Positions 25,001-35,980 of a stretch of 64,000 bases of DNA are shown here, piece after piece. How positions within the stretch are numbered: position 1 is the stretch's first letter; the number at the start of each line of letters is the position of its first letter. The notes under the pieces are model-generated. The model saw only the letters and a list, made by a program, of their open reading frames with translations. It did not search any database and was not told the DNA's origin. A program made the translations under genes and the position numbers. The DNA lies in assembly GCA_964187785.1 (NCBI GenBank), contig OZ076409.1, positions 22,632,001 to 22,696,000 on the forward strand. Direction: 5' to 3'. This DNA is from Amphiscolops sp. MND2022 (lineage: Eukaryota).

Positions 25001-28000
25001 AGACAATGTAAAACGAGAAGCGACTTTCAAACGTTGCCAACTTTCATAAGACGTAACCATTTCCACACAAACTATGACGTTTCAAGTCGCACAATTTCTC
25101 AATGTCTTATTCTGTCGTCTCATATAATCGATTTATATACGTTTGGGAACATTTTCATGCATCGTCAAGGTCAAACAAAACCATAATTTTCACAAGAATC
25201 CAACTTAGATTCTAAACTAAAACGTGCAAATCGAACATTGCCGTAAAACGAAAGCAGACCGTTTACTTTCCCGTACAATGACAACACATAAATTTACAAA
25301 ACATGCATTAAATGGACCATAACATTGCCATGCAGGACCGTAGTGAAGACAATGAAAAACTTCTGCGAATTCGAATCACTAAGTTTGTAGAACTTGAGTG
25401 TGAAATTAAAAGAAGCATTGAGCAAAACTCTGGGACGTAAAACGCGCGATTGACTTTGAAATAATTTACTTACTCACTTCATCAAAAAACAACTGGTGAC
25501 ATCGAGAGACAAAAATTTTCATTTTAGCAAACCATTTGAAAACAACAGACTAATTTTTGCTCGTCAGAGATAAAATTTTCGCAACAATTTGAGTTCTGCT
25601 TTGTACATTGATAACAAAGGATACAAATGGAACTCCTGAGAAAATCAGTTGCACTAGCAGTCTTAATCAGATGAAAAAGACCGTTAACAGAATTTCGGTA
25701 TAAAGTCTTTCGTATTGCTGGTTGGAATTTTCAAACAATCCCTACAGATTTTGAGAGCGCTAATTAGCGGCCGCACTGGAATTTTTCAAGCAATTTCAAT
25801 GCGATTCGACTTAGCGGCATCTAATAGAATGCCCAAAACACATATTAAAAATTGCAGTCTTTTTTCTTGCAAAAAAATTAAAGGTTACCATTCAATTTTG
25901 AAACATACTTGAAGTCAACCGTTCAGGAGTTTGAAGAAAAGCTTCTTGAGGGAAAAAGCGATTTTAAAATTAGCGGTTCTGCGAAAAAATTAGCGATGTC
26001 AAAATCCAGTTCTCTGGGCTAATACGCAAGCTGTGCGAGTTGACTGTCTAAGTTCGAATAATTTCAGAAACGAAACTGATATTTTGATAACAGTTCGAAA
26101 ACTAAAAATGATTTTTCTATTAGCGTTCCTCTTTCATGAGCATTCTGTACCTTTCCAGACCTGCCACTGGCAAAGTAGTGGCGCGTAGCTGCGCTGCTTT
26201 GATTCGCTCCTGCATTCACTATAGGTACACGTGGGGTAGAAGTAACTAATTAAATTTGGATTAAATCAAGTTACTATTCGATCTAGGATAAACTTTTCCA
26301 TTCTGAATTGTTTGACTCTACATAGCAATTCCATCTGCGCAACGCGGGGACATTAAGCAACATCAAGATGGCACGATTCGCTTGGTTACCAGACAAAAGG
26401 GCCCAGAATACACAGTCATAAGCGCCCCAAAGACGACTTGCAGGTTGATAACTCTAAAACCTATTTCCAAATTGAAGTTCGTCACTCGAGTTGAATAATA
26501 ATAAATTTTTCTTTTGGCAAGATGTATTTTGTACCAGTTTTGTACCATTAAAAAAATTGATATACATTTTATCAGAAGTGCCAAACTTACCAGTTTAACT
26601 GGCTTTCAATTTAGAATTCGTAGGTAGGAAAATGCTAAAGTGAGTATTACCACTGAGGTATTATTGTCCCTCAGCAAATTCAATTAGAGGCGAAAAAAAT
26701 CAATTCGAACACTTCGCTTAGCGAGACGCTTCGTATTGGGCACTTTTGTCTGTACTCGGATTCGATAAACACTGAGTAGTACTATGGCAGAAACAATTAC
26801 TAATATACTTACTATTCGGTTAGATCCGAACAGAATTATGACGTCATTACAACAATGCACAAATTTGTCGAACAATGATATGCTGCATGTTCAAAGTGCA
26901 AATGTTAATAATCTAGATTCTAGCTAAAAGTAACATCTAATTTGAGATGAATGATGATTTCTGAGATTATCTTTTAGCTGAAGTGAGCAATAAAAATCTA
27001 AGGATATTTTCACACAAATTCATTGCTTTAAATCATTCAGCAGACAAGTTTTACTAACGTTTCGCGATTTCACAATTTTAATTTGGAGAAAATTTTCGCA
27101 ATTGGAAAATTATTTTAAACTAGAGCCTGCACCAGTATTCGCTGAACCGTCTAATCCTTAAAAAATAATCGGCTAACAGATATCTTAACTACCAAAAAAG
27201 ATTTTGAATCAAGTCGAATTGAGACAAATGTCCAAAAGTGTTGAAAATTGGTAAATCGGTCCAGTCTTTATGTTACACACCCTACATGGATATGGACTTA
27301 AAATTAGCCTGCAAGAAAACTAGATTCGTTTGGAGATATTAAATAGTTAAGATGAGAAGTTGACTTGCCTTTTTCACTGAAGTATTTCACTGTGACCATC
27401 ATTTCCCCTCCTTTATCCAGCATTAACTAGAAAAACAACAATTCATCAGAAGAAAATTCACACCGTATGAACTCGAGTTTTTTAAAGAGCCTCTTCGGCA
27501 CCAAAAATGTCTGAAAACGACAAAATACCTTGTTGGCGCCCAGTTCTACATCACGACGACGAGTTGAAAACAATTTACAGCAGCTTTAGATTCTTGGAGT
27601 CAGCAAAATTTAACAAGACTAGAACGTCAATCGGCGCATCGCAAAGTTTTTATAAAAGTTCCCATGGCGTTTTAAAAAATCTAGCAAATATAAGAGTACC
27701 GAATATATTCAAAGGGGCATAACGACAACTCATATCAATTTGAAAAGGCGACAACTCATATCAAGCGATAATTCATATCAATATGGAAAAAGCGACAACT
27801 CATATCAAGTTTGCCAATAGGTTACAAATACCTAAATTTTACTTCAAGAACAAATTAACAAACATGATTAACTGCAATTAGAAATTACAAAATTACACTG
27901 ATATTTACCATGAGCTCTTGTTACTATTTTTTAATTTCTAATAATTACTTATTAATTACCTAATTTTCTCTAATTATCTAATGAATTATTTGGAGAAAAT

Positions 28001-31000
28001 TTTCTTATACAGACTTTAATTTTCTGATATGAGTTTTGATTGATATGAGTTGTCGCTTTTTCAACTTGATATGACTTGTCGCCTGATATGAGTTGTCGCT
28101 TGATATGAGTTGTCGCCGTACGATTCAGAGGGAGCCTTTTGTGTTCAGACAAGGCTTTTCTCTGACGGAAAACATCAAAAAAAGAATATTGGCGATAGAT
28201 ATTTTGCTAATTTTTTCGTTAAAAGTCACATAGTGCTAAAAACATGAAGAATGACCCTTTTCGCTTTTGAGAATTATTGGCCTAACTGAAAACATGAAAA
28301 AATTGAAGGAAACAGAAACATTCGAAGAAGCCGCACAAGGCCGAAAAAACCCATCGGTCCCAAATAATTTCGAGGGCACAGTAGAACTATGAAAAACTCA
28401 ACCATTTTACCCTTTGTTCTCTTGGGGCATCCTTTCGAAAATAGGCGTAAAATCTCTAAAAAGTGGTCCATTCAGTATGAGCTCTGTGGTCTGACAAAAA
28501 ACCTTGCCACTGTAGGAGTCGGGCACTTTTTGTTATAAGAAAGCGCTGACTAGAAATACCGCGCATTGCATTATAATTATAATTCATTATAATGATTTTT
28601 ACTTGTATATGTTCTAAACAAATACTATCAAGGAAAATACTTAGTTTTGGGAAAATACGCCAGGAAAGCTTTATTTTTCACCATGGGTTTTAGATGGTTT
28701 GAAAATTACCCTATGGTAGCAAAAAGCGACGTACAGCTGAAAATTAAATCTTATTCAGTTTGTGAAGAACTTTTCATTTTAATTCTCAACCGGAAGTGAA
28801 ATCAATCACTCTTGAATTATACATTGTTGAAAATGGTCAAACCGTTAGATTCATACGTTGTTTGCAAAATCGTTACACTTCGCGAAATGGGTTTATCATA
28901 CAAAGAAATTGAAGAAAAGTTGCGCCTTAGATCTCGATCGACAACTCAAACAGCTTATAAGCGTTTTTTGAGAACGAACTCTTATGTGGCGAAAAAACCA
29001 CCAGGCCCGCCAGAAAAGCTCAACGAAAAAGAGCAAAGACTAATAGTTCGAAGAGTGGAAAAAGACTGAGAAAACAACATTAGAACGAGTAAGAGTACTG
29101 CAAAACTTTTTCAACGTCAAAAACAGTTTCTAGATGTACTATTCGAAGATTCCTGAAGTACGGAATGGTTTTTGGAAAAGTTGCGAAAAAGTTCAACTTG
29201 TACAAAAAACAAAGACTGATCAGATAACGTTGGTTTGGTGCTCGAGAATGTTGAAAAAGGCCCTTGGTTTTTATCCAGCTTCAATTTTCCAACGTTAATA
29301 GGAAGTTTTGGAATTTTTTGAAAAATTATTGGAAAAAAAGCTCAAATTGCCGAAAAAACGAAAACGAAATAAAAAGTTATCAAATCAATCACTTTCGTAG
29401 TGAACTAATAGCGCTTTTGATGGTGCTTCCAATGATACAAGACAGGAACATCTAAAGTCGGCGCTAAACCTAAGGCTCAGAAACTGCAAAGTTTAGAAAA
29501 TCTGCTCAGGACATTTATGAAAAGAAAAAAAACATCGAAGCACCAAAATATCACAAAGTTTGAAATGGGACCCTCTGCACTACCTCACATTCAATTTCGC
29601 TGACCAGATTTGGGTGGTACTGTAAACTTGAAGAAATGTTTTTTCACTAGAAATTGTGCATTTTTGTTCTGAGTTTTGGCTGGATGAAACTAGGCTTCTG
29701 GGAAAACATCCTATTCTCAGACGAAACCCGTGTGCGCTTGAATAGTGACGGCGTTGTGTGGGTGTTCAGGAAAACTGGTCGTCGTTTTTGCCCCAAAAAC
29801 ACCCAAGGACTTAACAAAGACAAAGAATCTATGATGTTTTGGAGGGCCATCAGGTCAGATGGCAGGAAAATGTCAATCAAATGTCCAGCAACACTTAACA
29901 GTTACGGATATTTGGAGATTTTAAAGCAATACGATTGAAATTCGAATATACCCGATTTGGTGTTCCAGCAAGACAACGCCCCAGTACACAAAAGTGAGGT
30001 TGTTGGCAATTTTCGCAATCGAAACTACTAAAACTACTACCATAAGGCCAAGTCCGGTCAGCGGAAATTAGTGCAAAAGGGTCCTCCTTTTATTTTTTAC
30101 TATTTTAACGTAACCTACAAAACCATACGAGACTAAAGGTTCCCTTTCGATTTTTTTCGGCATTGTGGGACTTTTTTTGAAATTTGCCCAACATTTTCCG
30201 AGTTTTGGAAGGCATTGCCGCTTACCCCACTGTAATGAAGTTTTTTTTTCAAAAAAAGTGATTTGCGCTTTTTGAGGTAAAGCGCCGACTTTAGACGTTC
30301 CCGTCTTGTTTCTTTTTCAGCTGACAATCTCACTCTGAATGGTCCACTTTTTTTACAATCTTCCATTTGTTCAACTAATTTTCCGAGAAGCAGGAGATCG
30401 TGGGTTCGATCCTCGCACTAAACAAAATTTTTTATGCTTCCAAAAGTAGAGGTGAGACCGAAGGGTCCCCATTTGGGTTTTTTTCGGCACTATGCGACTT
30501 TTTTTCGAAAATTTTCGAATTCCATCAGAGGGTACCCCTTGCATTTTTTTGAAGTTTTCGGTTTGTAAAAACGTTTAATGAGCCTAAATGGCCTCTTTTT
30601 GAATTTTTCGGCATTGTGCGACTTTTTAAAAATACTTTTCTGAAAAAAATTAATTTTGTCCAAATCTTTCCAATAGTTGTTCCTTGAATATTTTTGAGCC
30701 TTAGATATGGCGCCGACTTGGGACGTTCCCGTCTTGTTCTACATCAACAATCGGCTGAATTAGGTTTCCAGACAAAACTTTACTATATTTCGACTAAAAA
30801 TCGCTTTTCAGCCTATTTTTAGTCTCCGCTTTTTGTGAAACAAAAATACCCGACTCTCGACGTGACCTTTTTAGTCGGCGCTTTTGAAGAAAAGTGCCCG
30901 ACTCTTACAGTGGGTAGTTTTTTAATACGCGTAAGGTCCACTTTTTATTAGTCGGCGCTTTTCGAAGAAAAACGCAGACTATAGTAGTATTTTTTTAAGA

Positions 31001-33584
31001 CCAACGAACTGACAGATTTTATAAATTTTATAAGTTGACCGACTAACACTAAACTGCCACTCTACTTCACTGCCACTTGGCATAGAGGTTACGGCTTTTT
31101 TGAGGTCTGCCAAGCAGAAGGACATGGGTTCGAGTCCCGCCCTTGACCAAAATTTTTTTGTGCAAATTTTTTTCGGCTTTGTGAGACTTTTTTTCGCAAA
31201 TATCTCCTAAGGGTCCACCCGTCATTTTTTGTCTATTTTGCAAAAAAATGGATGTTCAAAGACTCCCAGAGTGCCCCCCTTTTACATGTTTCGGCACTAT
31301 GCGACTTACCGGAAACCAAAAAAATTCGAAAAATTTTTTAAAAAGTTCGGAATTTTTTTTCCAATTTTTCCTCAAGCGGGTACTGTAGAAGAGAATACTT
31401 GACACTTTGAAGTCCTTTTGCTATTTTTGAGCCTTAGATATGGCGCCGACTTAGGCCGTTCCCGGCTTGTTTGTCTATTTGTTCAACTTGAACTATGGAT
31501 GCAAGAAACATACTGGAAACCAGAACCTCGTCCAAAACAAAACCGACATCCAGAACCTCGAAGACATACTAAGGATCCAAACTTTGGCGTGTTTTAAATC
31601 TTTGTGTTTTCAACTTAGACTTTTTCGGCAATGTGAAACTTTCTTCCCGAATTTTTTGATGTCGCCAAAGGGTCCCCTCTTTGGAAATTTAGATTTTCTG
31701 CAGCCAACTGGATGATGAAAAAGCCCGAAGGGTCTCCTCTTTTGCGTTTTCCGGCACTATGAGACTGTTTCAAAATTCTCATTTTCGTATTAAATTAGAC
31801 GACCTGAAAAACTTTGCACTTTTTGAACCTTAAGTATAGCGCCGACTTGAGACGTTCCCGTCTTTTTGTGATCAAACCCTTGTTCAACTTCTGGCCAGTT
31901 TTGAAGGTTTTCAAAATTTTGAGTTTTATGATTTTCTCAAGTTCTGCGGAAACGTTCATATGAAAAGAATCTATTGTATTCGACTTTTATCAAGTTACTA
32001 GGAAGATTCATCAAACATAGGGCAGCAGTTTCAATCCGCGAAGTTATTCAAATTTCATTATGCGTCTGTTTTAATTTTAAATGCAGCTGAGAATCCCGGG
32101 CAGTTAGAGTATACAGTTGACTAAGAGTGATCCAAACTAACAGGAAATTCCTTCTTCTTTCTGGGTGCCGACAAACATTTAGCTGCTAATGTTTCCTGAG
32201 TTATGTTGACAGCACCACCGACTATTTCGCCTGTTGCTCGGTCCCTCACGAAGATCTCCAAAAATCTGCCACTCACAATGTGCGAATCCACAAACTCTCC
32301 GAACTGTCTCACTTGCGCTGCACGAGAGACAACGCTTACTCCATTTTCTAAACACAAAATTCACCATCAGCAACCAAGTTTCCCTGAATAATAACATTCG
32401 GCATAACGTTTTCAAGAAATTTTTCCATACATATTTTAGCTAAGTTGTTCAATGATGTTCAAGTTAACTACTGACCGTTCAGGTATCAGTTAAGCAATTG
32501 ATTACAAGCATGGTTTATTGAACTTCTGAGTTTAAACGAATAGTTCAACCGATTGTTTTAAATAGAGCCCAGATTAACCTATTAATACAATGCTGTATAT
32601 AGGACCTGAAACACTGGACGTAGTGAGAATACTCTCAGTCCGAAACACTCAAAAGCTGTAAAGGCAAATTTGTTACAAAACTTTTTTGTGTTAAATCACC
32701 ATTTTACATTCAATTTACTTCTCCGTGGGAGTTTTCAAGAACTTCATGCGTAAAAGAAATTGTTAAGTACCTTGTTAAATTCGTTTCAGTCCAAAAATGA
32801 TTTAACCGATTTGGTTAAAAAGTTCGAATTTGTTTTTGGTTTGAAAATGAAATCCGTTGAATTCATTTATCTGGACACCACTGAAGTTGGTCTTAACATA
32901 AATGAACTTTCACATTGAGTAATCACTGCGAACATGCATCGAGAAAACACAAAATATTTAGTGCGCACCGATAAAAGGTTTGAACATTCAGTTCAAATAT
33001 ATGTAAGGAATCGTATACAAATTCTGTGGTCTACTCTAGAAACCCACTTTTCAAAAGGACCATTTATTAATTGCCTCTTAACTTGGATATCTACCCAACG
33101 TTGCGAGTTCGACCAGACATCTCGCAATCGAGGCTGCTTTTGCAATTGTCGCTATAGCGGTTATTATTCTACTTACGCCTACTTTACGACCTTGAATGAA
33201 AGTGTGTGAAAATGGATTAGATAGAATGTTTCAAACTTTCCAACAATAACACTCGGAAAATGACCTATTTCAAAATTTGCTTTCGGCAAATTATATCTTA
33301 CATTGGAGAGCTAGCATTTTGGATAAAACGTATGGAAATCACCCGGCATGGTTGAACTCAACGCCAATGAAGACTCTCGGTTACTACAGAGATATTTTCA
33401 CCTTAAAAACTCCCCGAAAAATAATCGCATAACAGATTGAAATTTCTGATCTTTTAATTTGAAAGCGCTGGAAAAATATTCAAATTGTTCCAATCAAACA
33501 GACTTCCACAGAGCATTCTTGATTCAATCAAAAAGAGAAACTTTTGAACTTTTAACATTGATTTTCTAGCAGACAATTTTCGGT

Positions 33585-33617
<33 letters not shown>

Positions 33618-34981
33618 TGTTGCCGCCTTGTCCCAGCTGGCTGAGGTTGGCGGGGCGTCCCTGAATCGTCGAACGCCAGAAAACCCTATTGAGGGCGTCG
33701 ACTTCCGATAGTCGGCGAGCCTTCAGTAGCTCCCGCACAACGTTATCCCAGGTCTTTTTGGGCCTACCGGGTGGCCTTTTTCCGGTAACACTGAAATTGT
33801 GTGCCGCTTTGATCGGGTGGGTGTCTTTTCGTCGCACCACGTGCCCAAACCATCTCAGGATACTGGTTTCCGGACATTCAATTACATCAGGCTGTATTCC
33901 AAGCCTTCTTCTCAGCTCCTCCGATGGTAGGCGATCCACTAGGCGAACTCCGCACATCATTCTCACCATCCTCCGTTCCGTACTCTGCAATCGCAGCTTC
34001 AGGTTGGTAGTTAAACTCCAAGTCTCGCATGAGTAGAGTAGAACAGGGCGCACACATCTACTGTAAATGAAACCACGCTGTCGAAGGGAGAGCCCGTGCT
34101 TACCGACAAGTGTACCTCTCAGGCGTCTGAAGGCGTACCAAGCAGATTGAACTCGGTGGCTTACCGCATACTCATAACCACCGCTTTTCGGTAATGGGAT
34201 GTTAAGAAAAAACGCTTACAAAGAACGTAGCAGGATACATAATACAAAATGAATGAGTTGACTAACCGTGGCCTTTAACGTTAACCACACACTCGAGGCG
34301 CTTGCAGGAGATGCCGTTGATGAGTTGGTCCTGGTTGAACTTGATTCTGATGAAACCGTTGCTTGAAGAGGACGGCGAAGAAATACTGTTGAGTCTGGGG
34401 GTGCTGCCCGATCTGTGCACTACGGGGTGCACCGCGCCACCCCCTCCCAACCCCGCCTGTCTATGGGGACCTGCAGCCGCCGCCAACGGAGGAGCTGGCA
34501 TGTACACTTTGTCACTTGCCTGTACCAGAGATGGCCAGTTTCATTTTTGATTATTCAACTTCCATAAAATACTTTTTTCAACTTGAACTAAATTCACAGT
34601 TTGGAAACATCGCTTTCGTTAGAAGAGCACAACACAAAGGGCAGGGCCTTACATGTAGGAAAAATATGATGTCTTCATTTACTGAGAAAAGAGGTTTTCG
34701 AACGAAAATCATGAGATTTTAGAAGCATTACTGTCCTGGACTTTGAATCATTCTACATTTACTAATGTGAACAAGTTAAAAAAACGTGGGTCTATCAATT
34801 GACAAATACTGGAATGGTCACCACTAATAACCTTGACTCTGCTTCTGGGATGAATGGGCGGGGTGTCTAGTCCCTGATTTCCAGCCGCAGAGACAGAAGA
34901 AGGAATCTGAATCGAGTGGGTTGCCACTGACGTCATAGACTTGCTCAGATGGTGGCCTGGAGATACAACTTTAGACGACAT
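9870..34981 (-). CDS. PRKCD: Novel protein kinase C, delta/theta type (C2-like, pseudosubstrate, C1A, C1B, AGC kinase, C-tail); ~900-950 aa
   Basis: Phase-consistent exons: 34981-34832, 34519-34267, 32347-32142, 27426-27369, [24885-24838], [23661-23596], 21867-21501, 21042-20922, 19922-19793, 19190-19081, [19004-18972], 17363-16995, 16667-16494, 15223-14930, 14012-13858, 13145-12965, 10013-9870 (brackets = optional symmetric candidates). Motifs: [21 protein letters not shown], two HxFx10CxxC C1 domains, [39 protein letters not shown], turn motif TP, hydrophobic motif FENFSF. Confidence 0.92.
10350..10696 (-). mobile_element. Non-autonomous Helentron/DINE-1-like repeat
   Basis: Terminal hairpin CCGCATATGCGG next to AGGAGTCGG, with its inverted partner CCGACTCCT at the other end followed by an A-run. 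Confidence 0.6.
11814..12398. mobile_element. piggyBac-type MITE
   Basis: TIRs CCTTAAGTTGGCCA / TGGCCAAGTTAAGG flanked by TTAA at 11810-11813 and 12399-12402. Confidence 0.8.
12490..12742. repeat. ~70-bp exact direct repeat pair (~12490-12560 and ~12672-12742)
   Basis: CAATAGAAATCGGATAAAGCGTGCTGGG...ATTATTCCTT occurs twice. Confidence 0.85.
12965..13145 (-). CDS. PRKCD: PKC kinase exon (subdomain XI)
   Basis: ttttacag acceptor, aag|gtatca donor; [32 protein letters not shown]. Confidence 0.85.
13357..13426 (+). repeat. tRNA-derived (SINE-like) head with A and B boxes
   Basis: A box TGGCACAGTGG 13364-13374 and B box GGTTCGAATCT 13408-13418; no clean acceptor stem, so not called a tRNA. Confidence 0.6.
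13429..13596. repeat. Two adjacent spacerless palindromes (76 bp and 95 bp)
   Basis: 13429-13504 is perfect (centre GTTGAC|GTCAAC); 13502-13596 is perfect except T9 vs A8 (centre AATAGT|ACTATT). Confidence 0.95.
13858..14012 (-). CDS. PRKCD: PKC kinase exon (subdomain IX)
   Basis: [36 protein letters not shown] boundaries. Confidence 0.9.
14930..15223 (-). CDS. PRKCD: PKC kinase exon (subdomains V-VIII)
   Basis: [34 protein letters not shown]. Confidence 0.95.
15513..15762 (+). repeat. Interspersed repeat, copy of ~22723-23022
   Basis: Shared CTCGGACTAAA..TGCAGGCGAAGCTCTCCG..CGCTTCATCTCAAT subrepeats. Confidence 0.75.
15851..16078. mobile_element. MITE with GACAACTCATATC terminal subrepeats (same family as 27717-28123)
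   Basis: Inverted arms GCGACAACTCAT / ATGAGTTGTCGC; GCCTTG duplicated in both flanks. Confidence 0.65.
16494..16667 (-). CDS. PRKCD: PKC kinase exon (subdomains II-IV)
   Basis: [32 protein letters not shown]. Confidence 0.95.
16995..17363 (-). CDS. PRKCD: PKC hinge and Gly-loop exon
   Basis: cgttttag acceptor in phase 0; open frame to IGRGSFGK|gttagt. Confidence 0.85.
17627..18337 (+). CDS. FAR-17a/AIG1/ADTRP-family multipass membrane protein (putative Thr/His FAHFA-type hydrolase), nested in a PKC intron
   Basis: 236-aa hydrophobic ORF with family motifs LTFLN, LPTGILV..YW....[13 protein letters not shown](A)YP. Confidence 0.85.
   Translation: MTGNWEVMFPFVFYSLNSFAFLHSIYFDIIVVDYPGKTVLETVLKLTFLNQSMNGIYWTLRCLLAIKKFKADIATQFIDCFLLSLILPTGILVACMYWAIRLYDYDLLITPLQKYYVEVGILRHPWWHNHTIHTLVLISPLIEVIYLIYQQKLAVIKNSHLVLAQLSQSTVFVTVVLYYALVHDYWAYPLFAQLGIFYTIIFGCFMSALNLLVAISVKTAVAQKLQPSSKFADKYE
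19081..19190 (-). CDS. PRKCD: PKC C1B exon (C-terminal half)
   Basis: [28 protein letters not shown]. Confidence 0.92.
19793..19922 (-). CDS. PRKCD: PKC C1B exon (N-terminal half)
   Basis: [40 protein letters not shown]. Confidence 0.92.
20417..20895 (-). mobile_element. Non-autonomous Helentron/DINE-1-like repeat containing (TA)n
   Basis: CCGCATGTGCGG hairpin and AGGAGTCGG, paired with a duplicated CCGACTCCT end. Confidence 0.6.
20922..21042 (-). CDS. PRKCD: PKC C1A exon (C-terminal half)
   Basis: [31 protein letters not shown]. Confidence 0.92.
21501..21867 (-). CDS. PRKCD: PKC pseudosubstrate and C1A exon
   Basis: [38 protein letters not shown]. Confidence 0.92.
27369..27426 (-). CDS. 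PRKCD: PKC exon encoding the last C2 strands, with a GC donor
   Basis: [19 protein letters not shown] (cf. PKCdelta LDLQPQAKVLMSVQYF); tttttctag acceptor; AAG|gcaagt donor. Confidence 0.8.
27717..28123. mobile_element. Mutator-like MITE with repeated GACAACTCATATCAA arms
   Basis: Several inverted subrepeats per arm; flanks TTCAAAGGG / TTCAGAGGG (imperfect 9-bp TSD). Confidence 0.7.
28833..30015 (+). mobile_element. Tc1-family transposase pseudogene, interrupted by an insertion at ~29263-29678
   Basis: HTH segment ([22 protein letters not shown]), then [15 protein letters not shown] and FQQDNAPVH; stops and frameshifts. Confidence 0.85.
30100..31865 (+). repeat. Cluster of one repeat family ending ..GCGCCGACTTRGRCGTTCCCGKCTTGTT (Helitron-like 3' end), mixed with tRNA-like heads
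   Basis: End motif at ~30282-30310, 30704-30738, 31436-31471, 31838-31862 and 51716-51742; inverted at ~29439-29465 and 36566-36595; B boxes at ~30403 and ~31127. Confidence 0.6.
32142..32347 (-). CDS. PRKCD: PKC C2-like domain exon
   Basis: [28 protein letters not shown] (cf. FDAHIYEGRVIQIVL..VLAERC..KAEFW). Confidence 0.85.
33586..34184 (-). mobile_element. 5'-truncated RTE-like LINE insertion
   Basis: Open C-terminal ORF ([33 protein letters not shown]); (GAT)n tail; perfect 9-bp TSD TTTTCGGTA at 33577-33585 and 34185-34193. Confidence 0.92.
34267..34519 (-). CDS. PRKCD: PKC exon 2 (low-complexity extension and start of C2)
   Basis: ..[25 protein letters not shown]; cag acceptor, g|gttagt donor. 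Confidence 0.82.
34832..34981 (-). CDS. PRKCD: Probable first coding exon of PKC
   Basis: ATG at 34981, 50 codons, aag|gttatt donor in phase with the next exon; no homology support. Confidence 0.55.
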
Positions 34982-35980
34982 GACCAAACGACCCAATGTA
35001 ACAATGATGCGATGACCTGATCTTTAAAGTCGTTTGCTAAGCTTTCAAGTCGTGACTTGACGTTGTAAGTATAACGACAGTGGTGTTTCAAACAAACAAG
35101 TTTGTACAACTCTTTGTAAAAACAGCACCAAGGTTTGAGATCGATTTAAAACTCTGATGGAGGTCGGCGGAACTTCTTAACCAGTGGTTCAAGTACTACA
35201 AATACAAGGGTAGTTGAACCGTTTGAAAAGCTGAGACCAAGACAAGCACGAGATGAGATGACAGGGGAGGGGAAAGGTTTCCACGAGACGCCCAATAAAC
35301 TTATTAAATTGAATGATTATTTTCTGACGCAAACTCCTCTTTTCTTGATAGCACCGCCACATCAGCATCGAAAAGCATGACACAATTATGACTTAGGAGG
35401 ATCCACATCGGCAATGGGCTTCACAGTTGAGCGGCAAGGGACTTTGATGTAATCACAACTGAGTGATTGACCACACTGATAATAATAATACAGATAATGT
35501 TTCAATTTAGCGTATTCCTTTCTCAGCGTGACAGTTTTCGCAAACAGTGATCGATTTCTCACAGGAGGCATTGGCTTGAATTGTGAACAGTTGACATGCT
35601 CATCAATCTGAATCGCGATCAGCACTCATCCGTCATGCCATACCGCCATGCTCAACCTGGAATGGAAGCATGGAAAAGAAGTACAAATCTGATCTGGTAC
35701 TATTTGTAAACAAAAACCATGTCATGCCCTCGTTAATTTTTATCATAAAAAGAATTCAATGCATCAAATTACACTGACACGCAACGCGACAAGAATGTTG
35801 CAGTAAAAATTCTTCAGTTGTAATTACCAGTAAAAAATGAGAGCAATTGAATGAACAACACAATTATCAATGTTTATCACAAATTCTATCAACCAGTGAT
35901 ATAACAAATTCTTCAATTTATCAAACTTGACATAATTTCGGTAGAATGAAAAGCACCTAATTTCTACTCTAAGAGGTCCA

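Noticed and set aside
27717..28123. Repeated GACAACTCATATC units resembling a CRISPR array
   Set aside because: The units are inverted between the two halves, irregularly spaced and flanked by a TSD, so this is a MITE; eukaryotic context and no cas genes.
31076..31150. tRNA-like sequences (also ~5120-5185, 30390-30420, 43437-43480, 44045-44090)
   Set aside because: A/B boxes are present but there is no intact cloverleaf; treated as tRNA-derived repeats.
32040..32087. Possible PKC exon after the C2 exon (LHLKLKQ..)
   Set aside because: It hits a stop with no donor; 27426-27369 fits homology and phase better.
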